Positions 1 to 13,228 of a stretch of 64,000 nt of DNA are shown in pieces (the first letter of the stretch is position 1; every line of letters starts with the position of its first letter). Location of the stretch: positions 7,006,001-7,070,000 of the forward strand of contig NW_027270960.1 in NCBI RefSeq assembly GCF_040938485.1, written 5' to 3'. The DNA is from Diadema antillarum (taxonomy: Eukaryota). The notes beneath the pieces are model-generated. The model saw only the letters and a program-made list of their open reading frames with translations, did no database searches and was not told the origin of the DNA. The translations under genes and the position numbers were made by a program.

Positions 1-32
1 AAATTGATGATTTCTTGTACTTCAACTTTGAC
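1..32 (-). CDS. Candidate internal exon (partial, runs off left edge): VKVEVQEIIN(F/L)
   Basis: On the minus strand a long polypyrimidine tract (ttttatttctgttgttttatcttcttcttttttt) leads to tgcAG|GTC at 33/32. The phase-0 frame is open to the window edge and matches the end phase of candidate exon 18734-18631. An alternative AG (ttttaag) lies about 14 nt upstream and a second frame is also open. Confidence 0.35.
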
Positions 33-1349
33 CTGCATTGCATGAACTTAAAAAAAGAAGAAGATAAAACAACAGAAATAAAAACATAACAATAATATTA
101 TGAACAGAAGCGTTACCAACTCACAGTCAAAATAAACTGCTATTGCATGGGACTTTAACCAGATCAAAATACCTTTGTGCTCACAAATACCAGAAATTGA
201 GGGGGTCATCAACTGCACCCATTTTATTGGTTGCTGTTTATCAACCTTCACACCTTTGGTTCATGCAACTCCTCTTAAGTTGACAAAGTACTGTATGATA
301 TTGTTCAGATCTGCAGGATATCATTTTTCATTCAGATGCGTATCAACAAAAGGGTTGACCCATTTTTCTTCCTAGCAATAAAAGTTCTAATGTGGCCAGT
401 CACCATGACACCCTGACAAAAGTCACCAAACAATGAATTTCTGATTTCAGCCATCAATATCTAATTCTCTAGACCAAAGTGTTCCATTGATATAAAATTT
501 GTCCCAATCTACTTCAAAACAACCTACCGCGAAGACCCAAGCCACTAGACAAAAACGACAGATTTGAGACGAATTCAAGCTTGTTGAGGATTTGGCATTC
601 AAACACAACAGGTCATTCAGAACACCCAAGAAACATTTCTTGTAAAAACAGTTATTTCAAAACATTTTTTGGAGTGTGAAAGTCAGACAGCAGATAGGAA
701 AGGTATCAGTTTTAAGGTTTTGTTAGATTACATGCATTTTAACAATTTAAATTAGCTCAATTTTGAATGGAGGAGGTGGGTTTCGTGTCTGCAAATCTTT
801 CAAGGTACTGAGGTAACAGGTCATGAATATTCACTCACTTTAGTCGAATTGATTGCCTAGTAAGAGACAGATCAGATTTTCTTTAACATAGGCCTAATCA
901 TAGTGAACATCTCCAATTTCAAAAATTCTCCTGATAATGACAGGAATGCAAACTTAATAGTTAGCCTGATGCTGCTAAGTATTATTTCATCATCATAAGG
1001 TTAAGGGAGACAAAACTCTACTCTTAGGATGTACCCAACCTTCTATGACCTTCTATTCTGTCTCCAAAGCGCTCGCTTAGAACAGCACCAATAACAGAAT
1101 ATAAGTCTAAAATCATATGATTTACTTATCTTTCTATCCACCCCCCCCCCTTGCTCTTTCTCTTTCTATTTGTTTATCTATAGTACACACTGTTATGTAT
1201 TGGCCTATCTATTCAGTTATACATTGTACAAGTATATAGAGACAGACAGACCAAACGACAAAAAGAGACAAACAAAAGCAGATACGTTTTTAACATCATT
1301 CTTAGAGTACATTTAGGATATATTTGAATAACAAGTGAACACATTTTAT

Positions 1350-1593
1350 CAGGGCTGAACACTAACATTTTTTTCCGGTGGCCCATTCAAGTCATTAAAA
1401 TCTTTGAATTTGATGTTTGGTGGACAAAAAAAAAAATGTAGTGGCCCGAAATACAAGGAAATACAACATCTTATTTTGAATTTCAGTTGCCCAATCAGGC
1501 AACAAAAAGAAAACCTTTTTTGGAAATCTGATGGCCTCACATCAATCATTGGATAGCCCTGGGTTACCGGGTCACTGCTAATGTCAAGTCCTG
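1350..1593. mobile_element. hAT-like non-autonomous element (244 bp), degenerate
   Basis: Imperfect TIRs CAGGGCTGAACACTAAC / reverse complement CAGGACTTGACATTAGC. Flanking 8-mers cattttat / ccatttat match 6/8, a putative 8-bp TSD. Confidence 0.55.
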
Positions 1594-4500
1594 CCATTTA
1601 TGAAAACATCCTTCTTCCGTTATGGCCACATTAAAAAAAAAACAAAAAAAAAACAGAGGGAATATATCTAGTGGGATCACCCACTCCTAGTACAGGTTGT
1701 TCCCTTTAAAACAAACATGGTTATTGCAAAATTTAATTACAATGAAATAACTAATTCAGGTCCAAAAATTATTACCTACATACAATATCATCATATACTT
1801 TATGAATGTTCTGCTACAATGACATTTCAATATAGGGCCTAAAAAAAAGAAAGAAAATTGCTAGTCCCGAAGACTTTGTTATATCAGGAGTCGCCTGTAT
1901 TCATTTTACTCTGCTAGAAGCTAGTAGCCCAGACAAGAAAGTCCTTCCACATCACACCATGGGTACTGACTCACTTCAATCGCCTCCTGCTGTATACCAC
2001 TCACCTCTTGTAGACAAAGCTCATTACCCGATCATCCTCACACTACCCCCTTCACCAGCACCACCGCTACCATCCTCCTCCTTACAAGTGAAAGGGGTCG
2101 GGTAACACCAATGTTTACATCCACAATGTGTAAGATCCCATATTCCGAGCTCCGTGCAGACTACATCTGACCATCCAAGCTTTCAGGGGTGCATGTATGA
2201 CACTGACTATTATTCCTCTTTATACAATACCGTATATATCTGAGTCCATTCACGAAATTTGTGTCACTACATAGCAAAAGTACACACATCTCTCCCCTTC
2301 CCCACGTCGGAAACACTACTGTTGCAAGGCGATCACCAGTACGCAGAAAGGGAGGTTTAACACTCGAGAAATAGGGAGAAACATCACATGGGAGAAGCTA
2401 AAAGAACAGGGAAAAAAATCCCCTAGACACACACGCACACACCCCAGCAGCTGTAGCAAGCAGGGATAAAGGGTGAGATAATTGTTTGATTGTAACCGCC
2501 AAGAGAGGCCTGGTTTCACGGAGCGGGGGCTTCGTACGCATCCCGCACGGTTACTTTGCTACAAAGCAAGCTTCTAATGGTGTAATATGGAGAGATCACG
2601 GCAGAGAGAGACAGAGAAAGAAGGGGGAGGGGGAGGAGGAGAGGGGAGGGGAGGCGGAGGATGAGGGCTTACTTGGGACAATATGGACAAATCAGGGATA
2701 AAAAGAACCTTTTCACAGTGGCCAGGCTTTTAACCCAAGCTCCCATGCATTATATTCCATCTTGTCTGAGGCATTCGCAAGCCTCTTTCTTTTGTATCTC
2801 TTTCCAGACACCCTCCAATGTTTAATTCAGGTCCGAGTAGTGGCTTAGGTTAATCCGTTGGTCCTTCTACCAAAGCTCGTGGTAGGTGTGCTTGTGAAAA
2901 CAGAAAGAAAAAAGAGAGAGCTTGTAATAGCCACATATCCTATCATGGAAGATACTTAGCGTGTGATAACAGAGGAGAAGGGTAGGGACGGACGTGAGCC
3001 TTTTTATTTACTGACAAGTCTGTAAAACTTGAGCAAGAAGCCTCTGCGCATTTCTTCATCCCCACATGAACCTATGAATGCAATGCAATGAAGAATCTAC
3101 ACTATTCCTGTACAGAATAGTTTGTCTTTGTTTTGTTTTTTATTCATACCACACATCAGACTTGTCTTACGCTTAACTTCGCTGACACTGAATACCAGTA
3201 GTATAGTAAAGTCATGTGCAACTACAGAACATGTGGCCCAACATTCTCTACATTGAAAATATATGAATGCGAATACAAATGAAATATTGTTTGATATTGT
3301 TTGATTCACTCTCCAGTTCTACATAACTTCATTAGTGTATAACTCACGTACATATGTTCTATGTACATTCATGATGTATTTTATAATCCATGTAAAACTG
3401 CGCAGTGCATTTGAAAAGCATTTTGTTCAACCACATAGGTCAACCCTGCAGGATAACATGAAGAAAACAAAGAAATGAATAAATGAATAAAATGAATGAA
3501 ATGGTTAACCTATTACACATCTCTGCTATAGGTATGGCCCATATCTGTTGTTGTGTGCAACTCGAATGAGGTACTACAAAGCAGAAGCACCAAAGACAGT
3601 GAAAGGGTTAAAACAACCTTTTCTTCATGCATTTTTCATGCGGCATCAGATGTCCGCTGAAGCTTACGGGATGAGGGCTTCTGCTGTTCTTTTCACCGTG
3701 AATAATCATACTCCCGTCTTCACACATTGTACACTTGAAAGGAAAGAGTCAGAAATGACTTCAAGGCACACTCCTAGAACTTCTCCTTTGGTTTTTGTTG
3801 TTGCTGTTGTTGTTGTTTGATTCATGGTATTTTTCTCTTCTCCTGGTACCTAGATGTGAGTAGTCTCCTCTCAATGCACACATTTAATATAATTTCTTTG
3901 CAATTCTTCTGAGCGCTATCCATCTGGATGCTGTTCAGATTGTAGAAGGCTGGTTTGTCTCAATCTGACTATGATATCTACTCTAAGCCGCTTCCTTTTT
4001 TCATACAAAAAGAAGAAAAACTAGAACAATTCAAGCTGCAAACTTGAATGGGATATGTTTGTCTTTGTAATATGATTAAAAGTCTTAAGTGCTTTGAATG
4101 AGCCTTCTTATCTCAAGACGATAATTGATAATCACTGTGACCTACAACATTGAGCTTTGTCCTTTTAAGAACATCATTTCATGTAGATAATAATTTTTAT
4201 ATGTTTCAACTCAAGCCAGAGTCTTGGCTTTAAAAAAAAAAAAAAAACTCTTAATGGCTACTGTATAACACCCTTTTTCACATTAGCTGCTATTGAAGGA
4301 GGTCAAGAATATGATGTTAATAAAAAAAAAAAAAAACATTAATATTCTTAAATGGGTCCAGCTTTCTCTTCGAGGAATTTTGAAAAAGTCATCTCAACCT
4401 ATCACTAATCTTTGCTTCTTGTTGACAAAGTCAGCCTACCAGCATTCTCACACAACAAATGAGAGAGGTTACCCAAAAAACCAAACAAACAAACAAGATG

Positions 4501-4902
4501 AGGAGACACCCATGTTTGTGCAACTAAATCATTAAAAAATATTAAATTTGGGAGGCATTAATTTTTAGATGTCTAATGATATTTTGATTTTTTTTTTTTA
4601 TGTTTTATTTATTCTTTAAAGGAAGCCTTTTGCAGAATTAGGGAGCCATGGCAGTCTTGAATGGAGGTCATCTAAATACATTGTATCTGTACTTTGAACT
4701 CTCACACAAAAATTAATGAGTGTGTTAACACTGTGCAGATTACACTGACCGATATCTATCATCGTTATAGTGTATAACATTTTGACAGCACTGAAATGAA
4801 CAGGTTATCAGACAAGTTAAAGGGAAGAAACTGACATGACCTGAAGATTAAAAAGCTGCCATCATTGCAATGAGGAAATGGTGGTTAGGTACCTATTTTA
4901 TG

Positions 4903-4998
4903 TTAATCCGTTGAGGACGAGCTGATTTTGCTGTAAGACATCTTTCCCATAAACACATCTGCTTGATTAATACTCGGGACTAGTCTTTTATGGGTTAA
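4903..4998 (-). mobile_element. 93-bp piggyBac-like MITE family (PB93), copy 1
   Basis: TTAA(T)CCGTTGAGGACG...GGGTTAA; body matches the family consensus in reverse orientation. Confidence 0.8.
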
Positions 4999-5153
4999 GC
5001 TACATTATAAGCCACGAAAGTGGCCCAAATCAAACTTTTGGTAAGAGTTGCACGTCTTTCACTTTCCAGAACTTCCAAAACTTTGCTTTCTTGTTCTCTT
5101 TCTCTTTCCCTTTCAGAGCACTTGCTCCAACAAATGTTTTACAGCACCTCTGC

Positions 5154-5243
5154 TTAACCCGTTGATGCGCTGATTTTGCTTCAACACGCATTTGACATAG
5201 ATACTTGCCCATGTATACTCACGACTCGTTCTCAACAGGTTAA
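5154..5243 (-). mobile_element. PB93 MITE copy 2
   Basis: TTAACCCGTTGA...CTCAACAGGTTAA with ctgattttgct...catttgacatagatacttgccc body. Confidence 0.85.
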
Positions 5244-5886
5244 GTGTTTTTTTTTTTTCTTTTCTTTTCAAATTGGCAATTCTGAATCGAGTAGATGCTG
5301 CAGATAGACAAAGAAAAGTATTGAAGCCATTACATTTCCCTCCCATCATACCCTGAAGCTGGAGTAATGGATGCTTGGACATCCTTGCACTGAGTTACAA
5401 AGTGCATAGACCTCATCCCTAACAATGCTCTAATGCATTCAACTCATATGGATTCTCTGGTCAGGCAAACAATAATCCAACACACACAAGAAAAACAGGA
5501 AATTGCTGAGTTTTCCACAGTATGAACAAAATAGAACAGAAAACATCACAAATACCTCTGAAAACCACGAAAAACAGGTTTTCATAATTACATATGAATT
5601 TCTCTTCTCGTTCGTTTTATTATTATTATTATTTTTTTTTTTTTTACTTAGACTTTGTCCATTTCTCAGTATTCCCTTACCTGGGGGCTAAAACTTCATG
5701 GTTTCATTGGCAGAATCATACAATAAGACCAAACTAATAAGACCTAAAATAGAAGGCTCAAGAGAAGTACTAATAACTCCACATGATAATAAGAAATCAA
5801 AAGAGAGGGTCATATTGGCTCACAGAGAGTCTTTTAGAACCTTTTGCCATTCATTGCTTTTACCCCTCGTCAAAAACTGATTTTAC

Positions 5887-6373
5887 CTAACTCTTCATGT
5901 GCCACGTTCGCACGCCTGACTCAGTCGACAGCGTGCAAAGTTTGCATATTCTTCTAACAAACCCGCCCAAACCGATCGATAAATTGCCAAATGCCACACT
6001 ACAATGAAAGCACTTCTTGCGATTCCATTCCTGTCGCAGGTACAAATGTAGCTTGCATTTTATGTGGTGAAAGACTATCAAGTGGTGTGCCCTACTGAAT
6101 TTGCGAGTAAATTCTAAGTTTCTGTCACTGTTTTATGTGCAATAGTCATGCCTCTACAATGATGTAGCTACTGATCATTTGAAAGAAAAACAATCATAGA
6201 CTTCTCATACAATTTGCATCACAGCAATGTTGGGCCTTTTCTCTACAACTTTGCTCACTACATGTCCAGGGTAACAAAAATCTATTAAAGTTGCATAGAT
6301 TTGAAAAACAGAATGTTTTCCCTAAGCATGACTTACACTGCTATCTTTAATAATGTGGCACGCAGGGGGTTTA
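5887..6373 (+). mobile_element. About 490-bp piggyBac-like non-autonomous element, copy A
   Basis: Ends ctaactcttcatgtgccacg / tgtggcacgcagggggttta form imperfect TIRs. The body aligns by eye over its whole length with the reverse complement of 58516-59046. Confidence 0.75.
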
Positions 6374-7163
6374 CACCATGGCACATAAAGAGTCATTCAT
6401 TAATACAGGTAATATGGCTTGAATAAAATCTAACATCAGACATAAAATATGATCACAGGAGATAGTACTAAATTTTGCTCTCCTTAAAAAGAAAAAGAGA
6501 GATGGGGGGGGGGGGGGTAAGGATAGAGAAAACAAAACCAGAAAAATTATTGAATCTTGAGCAATTGCCCAGTTTACTCATGAATGCAATAATTGTTACG
6601 GGTGACTGGACATTGAAGACTGGTGAATATTAGAGAGAGCATTAAGGGGGCTTCCATCCAGAATTGTCTGCTGGTTTAGGCTAATCTGGATCTATGACAT
6701 GTGGCGGCAGGTTCAGAAAAGACCCACTTTCCTAATCAGTAGTGGATGAAAATCTGTCTTCTGAAGCACAAAGGATGGCCACCTTATTCAAGTTCACTGG
6801 ACCTTGTCTTTCAGTGCAACAATTTAAAAAGAGAAAATAATTGGCTACCTGCATTGCATGTACATGTAATCATCTGCCCGTGAAAAAGGAAACAAACCTA
6901 CCGATGTACCATGTCATGTGTGTGTGTGCAAGCTACCCCTCAAATGTGCCTCCTGCAAAGTGTTTATTTAAAGTTTGAACATGTCAGGAAGGTTTCTAGC
7001 CACAACTGAAACAAAACATGATATCAAAGTTCAAGTGGACAGAATGACAAAGACAAGATACCTGGCCATCAATGGAAATGCAAAGTGACAAGTGATTTTC
7101 TTTCATTAATCTTTCTGCCTTCACTCAATTCACATGTACATGTATGCCTGGGGGAGCTTTCCC

Positions 7164-7256
7164 TTAACCCGTTGAGGACGAGTCCCGAGTATACTCAGGC
7201 AGGTGTCTATGGGAAATGCATGTTGTAGCGAAATCAAACCGTCCTCAATGGGTTAA
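7164..7256 (+). mobile_element. PB93 MITE copy 3 (near consensus)
   Basis: TTAACCCGTTGAGGACGAGTCCCGAGTATACTCAGGCAGGTGTCTATGGGAAATGCATGTTGTAGCGAAATCAAACCGTCCTCAATGGGTTAA; 17-bp TIR and TTAA at both ends. Confidence 0.92.
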
Positions 7257-7812
7257 AGGCACTGTCATAAATTACTGAAAAACAAGCAGAACTCTCTTCA
7301 CTAAATCTTAGTCAGTTTAAAAGAACTAAGCAATAAAAATGCATGTTGATCTATATTACTTCATTATACCCTGATCATCACTTAAGTGACCAAAATAATA
7401 TACGTGTATAAATATGTGTCATATATCTCATTACAATATTGGTAGTATTTTTCTTCAGATTACTTGGATACAAAAGGCTGAAAAAAAAAATCTAAACCAA
7501 GATTCTGCCAGTGACATCATCTGCCAATCATTGTTAAAGAATCAGTTTAACAAAATACACTGGAATGAACCTTTTTCTCAATTGAGAATAACTTGCCTGT
7601 TCCCATGTTACTAACATGATTAATAAAAGACATTGCAAGTGCATTCCATTATCTTTTGTTAATCATGTAACTGACACAATCTTTTATTTTGTGGGCATAT
7701 CCAAGAAATCTTAAGAAAAAATGGTACAAAAATAATCAAGAATATATGACAGTATGAGGGTGTCATGAATCAACACATGTTAACATACATTTACAATGCA
7801 TAGTGCCTTTAA
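7253..7812. mobile_element. Kolobok/T2-like MITE (TTAA-AGG termini), about 560 bp
   Basis: TTAAAGGCACTG ... TAGTGCCTTTAA (11-bp TIR including TTAA). Its left TTAA is shared with PB93 copy 3. Confidence 0.65.
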
Positions 7813-9224
7813 ATTGTACCTGGTGGCCCAGGTAAAACAAGTCCAAAAGAAGTATTATGTTTACCCATTCAAAATTTGGCCCAAGAGATTCCAAAAGCAG
7901 TGCAGTGAATCACAAGCAAATACTGAGATTTCACAAAAATAAGGTAAAACACTCTCATTATTCTCAACAACATGGAAATCACAATCAGCAATGATTATTC
8001 ACTCATCACCAACAGCATCAGCATCGACTAGTCATGATCATGTGATTGATGACAGTATAAGAAATCAGCTCAGATGCACTATGGTGGAGGCATCACCGGG
8101 AAGATGGGAGGGGGGGGGGGGAAGGGGGGAGAAGGTGGGAAGAGAAAAGTCAAGATTGGTAGGAGAAATCATGTTGGTGAAAGGTGAGGGTGGGGATGGG
8201 GGTGGGGTCCTCTTGGACAAGCCCTGAAGGATGAATATGCTAGATCCATTAGAGTGATTAAGGCCTGCCTGACGAGGCCAGGAATGCTTGTACATAAACA
8301 CGTCTACATTCCATTTGTTGTGTTCATTATACGACTCCGTGTACGACTGCCCGCCGGCTTTCAAGTTCAGCGCACGGCTACATGCATCTGTAGAGTCCAT
8401 CTCTTTACCCACTGTAAAACCCACAGCAATAGTTCTATGTATCTCTGTATTCAGTCCACCAAAGCACTCCACAGATATTCAATGACGATATTGAGAAAAA
8501 AATGAATGAATAAATTGGCAATGAGGCGATTGCTGCACAACCATCTAACATCCAATCAAAGTGTCAATTTTTCAAAAAGCTAATTTTTGGGAACTGAAAA
8601 CATATTTGACTTTCCTTGTCACAGAAATACTCAACAAGTTCAATTCAACTCTAAGATTTGCCAATAGGACTACAGACCAAAATAAAACTGTACAGGGCCC
8701 CATACAAGCATGCCATTAATCAACGATATGAGTAAAAGCATCACTAGATGCATGATTTCCATATCTTCCCTATGAATTGACTATATAGCAATATAGTTTT
8801 CCATTATACTATTCCATTTTCCTGTGTACAAGTATTCCATTATATTCTAACTTGGTGTCTACACTTCATGTCTTGTCATTGACACATGTGCATTTTCTTG
8901 TATTTATCAAAATCTGCAAAAGTGCATCATTTATGCCATCTATTCTATTGTTGCCACGACATTATTCCATGCTCTCAGACTGTTACGCATCTTTCTCAAT
9001 CCCGAATTATTCATTATCTTAGTCTGCAAAAGTTGCCCTCAATATAATAGGAGTGAAAAAAACGCCTTAAGCAGTCCAGTCCTAATCTCGCTGAATTAGC
9101 CTTGCCAAGTGCTAATGCAATTCATAATCCTTGGTGACAAAACACACACTGAGACCTTTCTGCATCGGACAAAATTTGATTGAATCTGAATGCATCAGGG
9201 CAGCTTCATAATCCCCGAGCTATA

Positions 9225-9680
9225 CGCACTCATCTCTTTGTCTTTCCTGCCTTCCTACTGTCTCCTGATGTCCCGTCTTTTTCCTCTGTACACATTTGAG
9301 TCTCTCTCTTTCCTGTCTCTCTCCTTCTTGTATTTTCTGTTTTCTGTCTCCCTCACTCTCTTCATCTTTCTGTCTTACGTTCTATTCACTTCTATCTTTA
9401 TATCTATCTCATTCTGTCTGTCTATCTATCTCTCCCTGTACACACAACTACACTTAGTTTACTCTTTTTGACCTCTTGTTTCTTTCTCTTTTTCTATTTC
9501 TCTCTCTCTCTCTCTTTCTGCCACATGCAATTAACACATTCTCTCTCCTTCTCTCTATATATTTCATCTCTCCTTTCCTATCTTTATCTCTCTCTCTCTC
9601 TCTCTCTCTTGCTCTCTCTCTCTCACCCTGTATATCTATATCTCTCTCTCTCTTCATCTCTTTCTCTCTGTCAGTCAGAC
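9225..9680. repeat. Degenerate (CT)n/(CTAT) polypyrimidine microsatellite
   Basis: Long tctctc runs; these generate the L/S/F-rich and R/E-rich ORFs in the track. Confidence 0.9.
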
Positions 9681-10009
9681 TCTCCAGCCATCTCTCCTCA
9701 TCACACACCCAGTCTGGGACAACATCCTTGCATTATCTGCCACGAGAAGAGGGAATGGCATGGGCCTCCCATCACCATGGTAATGGGATGAGTCATCGCG
9801 CGGGCAGTTGCAAGCGGCGACCCCAACCATCTTTGCCACCATCCAACTGGGGTGAGCATGGAAGACTGTTTGCAAGAGACTTATAAGATGGATGCTGGAC
9901 CAGCTGAAATTGGATTTTCAAGATTTCTCAAGTGGCAAGGACCCACAAATACTTAATGCCCTTCCAAATTTGTCTACTACCGAAATTTTCTTGAGGAGTA
10001 CCACGGTGT

Positions 10010-10979
10010 TTGTTTGTTTGTTTGTTTGCTTTTATTTCTGCATTCAATCAGATGCAATTTGAATGCAAACTTCAAAAAGTACAAAGACAAAGAATAACAA
10101 GTGCAGTGAAATAAATCGATAACAGTACATAAATAGATTCACATAGGTGATTGCATTGAGCAATGTAGATACACAGAAACATAAAATAAAATATACAGTA
10201 TTTTTCAGTAAACAACAGAGATAATTGAATGCAGGAGACCACCATCATAAGCGATTAAGCTTGAAATGGATGGAGGCCTCATAAAATGACTATCCAACGA
10301 CATAACTCTCTTGGAGGAAGGTGATCAGGTGAGTGCAGTGCAGTTGCAGGTGAGAGTGCAAGATGCAGTTGAAGGAAGAAAATTGAGATTGACAATAAGA
10401 TGACAATCTATACTATAAATATTTGTTAGCTCAATTGGTTTGGAGAATATAATTGTATCAAATATCGTTTAAGTGAAGCTTTCAAAGAATAAATACTTGA
10501 ACAAGACTTTATATTATCCGGGAGATTATTCCAAATATCCGGACCCGAATGTCTTATAGATTTATGTGTCACTAATAATTTGGGATCCAAAAGGTGGAAA
10601 TTTCTACATATACGAGTAGGGTACGAATGGACAGAAGTATTGAACCTAAACATGTTATCAAACGATGATGGAAGTTGATGATGTATATATTTGAACATAA
10701 TTACTGCTACTTGAATAATATTCAAATCAAAAACCTTCAATGTTTTAAGCTCATGAAATAAAGAATCAGTATGAGCCAGAAAATGCGATCCTGTACAAAT
10801 ACGTATAACTTTCTTTTGTAATTTAACTATAGAATTTATTTTGGTAGAGCCGCAAGTACCCCATACAACATTGCAATAACTTATATATGGGAGAATTAAG
10901 GAATTATATAATAGAAATAAAGTTGAACGAGGAAGAAAGAACTTCAGCTTGGAAATTATCCCTAAATTTCTATAGTATA
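10010..10979 (-). mobile_element. 5'-truncated non-LTR retrotransposon (CR1 group: L2/Crack/Daphne-like), 970 bp
   Basis: Stop-free frame 10977->10426 reads RNLGIISKLK...LYNSLILPYISYCNVVWG...KLQKKVIRI...AHTDSLF...GPDIWNNLP...SLKASLKRYL, typical of the post-RT C-terminus of ORF2. It is followed by a 3'UTR of about 415 nt, AATAAA (10035-10030) and a (CAAA)n tail. A 14-bp direct repeat GAGTACCACGGTGT flanks it at 9996-10009 and 10980-10993. Confidence 0.9.
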
Positions 10980-11454
10980 GAGTACCACGGTGTCATCCTA
11001 ATGATGGGTCAGACACAGGGAGATTAACAGAATTACAAGGGAGTAAGTCATCACTCGAATACTATTGGGCTTAAAGGGTTCTAATATTAACTTTAGTCAT
11101 ACAGGGGCAATGAAAATGAAGTGTTGTGGATTGCATTTCTTCTCTGTGAACCTACTGCAGGCATCGATTACTAAATATCATTAACATTTTGAAAAAAGGA
11201 ATCATAATGTGAAGGCATGTTTACTAAAGCACAGTCATCACCTTCTGATCCATGATAAGCCAAAAGAAACAAACTTCTCAACTTAAAATCAGTGGGCTAT
11301 TGTTACATGTGATGCACACAACCATTAATGCTGTTGTACTGGACTTCAATTCATCATTCTAAAATAAATAACAAAGAGCATGGGGCTGACTCCGTGAAAA
11401 TATGAATTACATTTGAATAGACAAGAGTGCATGAGATGACAATATGACTGAAAA

Positions 11455-11580
11455 GCCACTGTGGCTCAGTGGATGACATCACATATTCTCAAATGTGAGG
11501 TTCCTGTTTCAAATCCACTCTCTGCAGCAGTTTTGCCCTTAGGTAAAGCATTATACCCTCATTGGCCAGTATTTTGGAAT
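11455..11580 (+). mobile_element. Degenerate tRNA-derived SINE fragment
   Basis: A-box-like TGGCTCAGTGG and B-box-like GTTTCAAATCC, then cccttaggtaaagcattataccctcattg resembling the core of the 28949 SINE. Confidence 0.5.
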
Positions 11581-12467
11581 GGATTTCGGTCCCATGGCAG
11601 TTTGCTCATTTGCATTTCATCGCTTCTTTATTAGTCATAAGACTAACACACAAATACTTTAATTGTCAAATCGGCTAGAAAAATATCATATTCCTATGGC
11701 CTCACCAACAGGAGCCTGCTTGTGTCTGAGCAGCACATTATTTAATCATATCCCGAATACAGATTGAAGTATGATTAGGTTATCTAAATATATCCGAGTA
11801 TGTCTCCATGCACTGGTTACTTTGGAAGATAACTAGAAGTTATAATCTGTCAGAACTGCATATGATATTAAAAACAAAATAATACAGGTAGAAAGAAAAG
11901 AAGACATATAGCCAGGCCCTTAGTAAAAATCTATGTAAGTGCAAATGGCTGCTAAAGATCACCTAAAAAAGAGGCATGCAAATCCTTGGCAGATACTGCG
12001 TTTAAAGGCTGATCCTTTTGAAGAAGATGCAGATGGAATATACAGCTTTTGACAGAGCTGGTATGTGAGTCACGCATTTAAACAGCTGGTTTGTGGCAGA
12101 GAGCTAATAATAGCACAGCCATACGCTCCCTTCTCCAGAAAATCCACATCTACTTGAGACAACTTTTGCAGTGGGTGGATGCCATTTCCATGGCGATATG
12201 CTTCTTTCACACACACATACACAGTATATTCCATCAAAAAGAGTGAACAACAGGTCACATGTTATACGTGTATGTTAACATAAAATAGTCCTGCAGATAC
12301 GTTATTCACAAGATGCAGGCATATTTTGCTGATAATAAAGACAAAACAACTCAAACTGTCATCTAAAGCTATTTAGAACTACATTCAGCATGGTCAGCTA
12401 AATTTTCATCTCAAGGTTGTCAGTTTCTTCCATCGAAAATTATGCTCAGTTTTAATGTGCTAGCCTG

Positions 12468-12560
12468 TTAACCCGTTGAAGACGAGTGCCAAGAATACTC
12501 AGGCAGGTGCCTACGGGAAATGCATGTTATAGCAAAATCAGTCCATCCTCAACAGGTTAA
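12468..12560 (+). mobile_element. PB93 MITE copy 4
   Basis: TTAACCCGTTGAAGACG...CCTCAACAGGTTAA, 93 bp. Confidence 0.9.
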
Positions 12561-13228
12561 GGAATGCCAGCCTTGCACAGACATGCATACACTAATGACC
12601 AGCTTTGAAAGGTGCAGGATGATATATGGTACCACACTTCATCATATTTCTCAAAACATGAGGAATGTCAGAAAGCTGTACTGAGTTATGATATTAATCA
12701 AAGCAGACGCATGAATTAGTACCAAGTGGAAATGATGGTATAATGACACTGTAAATTATTTTCACCATGATACATAGTATAGCAAGTATACTCGTCATCA
12801 AAAGGATTTGACACTGATTATTTCTCAATACATTTTTTTTTTCATGTTATACACTTTGTAGAAACTAATTTTGGTAATTTTGGAGAGAGAAAAAGTGATA
12901 TCTTTGTAACTCCTTTCTTTGCTACAACTGAGTTTCAATAACCATTTTTCATATATACCTCTGATATATTTCGAAAATATCATTATTCCCTCACAAAACG
13001 CTAACTTACTCATTAAGACGAAATCACTTCATGCCAGAGTTTGCTATCTAGATTCAATATATTCAATGTCCAATGTGAATATATGCAATATAATCTTGTT
13101 TTGTTGTATATGATGCATTGCATCAAAGTTAACTTGTTTACAATAATACAACATGCTCATATGTGTTGATCCTGTCATGTGACTTGCCTCAAAGTGTCCA
13201 GTCTACTTTAAACCAAATAATTAAAAGC

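Noticed and set aside
420-629. Minus-strand ...LDIDG*NQKFI resembling the PDE9A N-terminus (YLDIDGRIQKVI, recalled from memory)
   Set aside because: In-frame stop, no similarity upstream and no start or splice support; a chance match.
8065-8505. Three overlapping ORFs (135 aa minus; 83 and 65 aa plus)
   Set aside because: Part derives from a G/C low-complexity tract, no convincing donor, and no recognisable motif; treated as a possible regulatory island.
9190-9886. Several 84-136 aa ORFs
   Set aside because: Products of (CT)n/(GA)n repeats. The 9904-9715 exon-like segment has only a weak GTGTGT donor.
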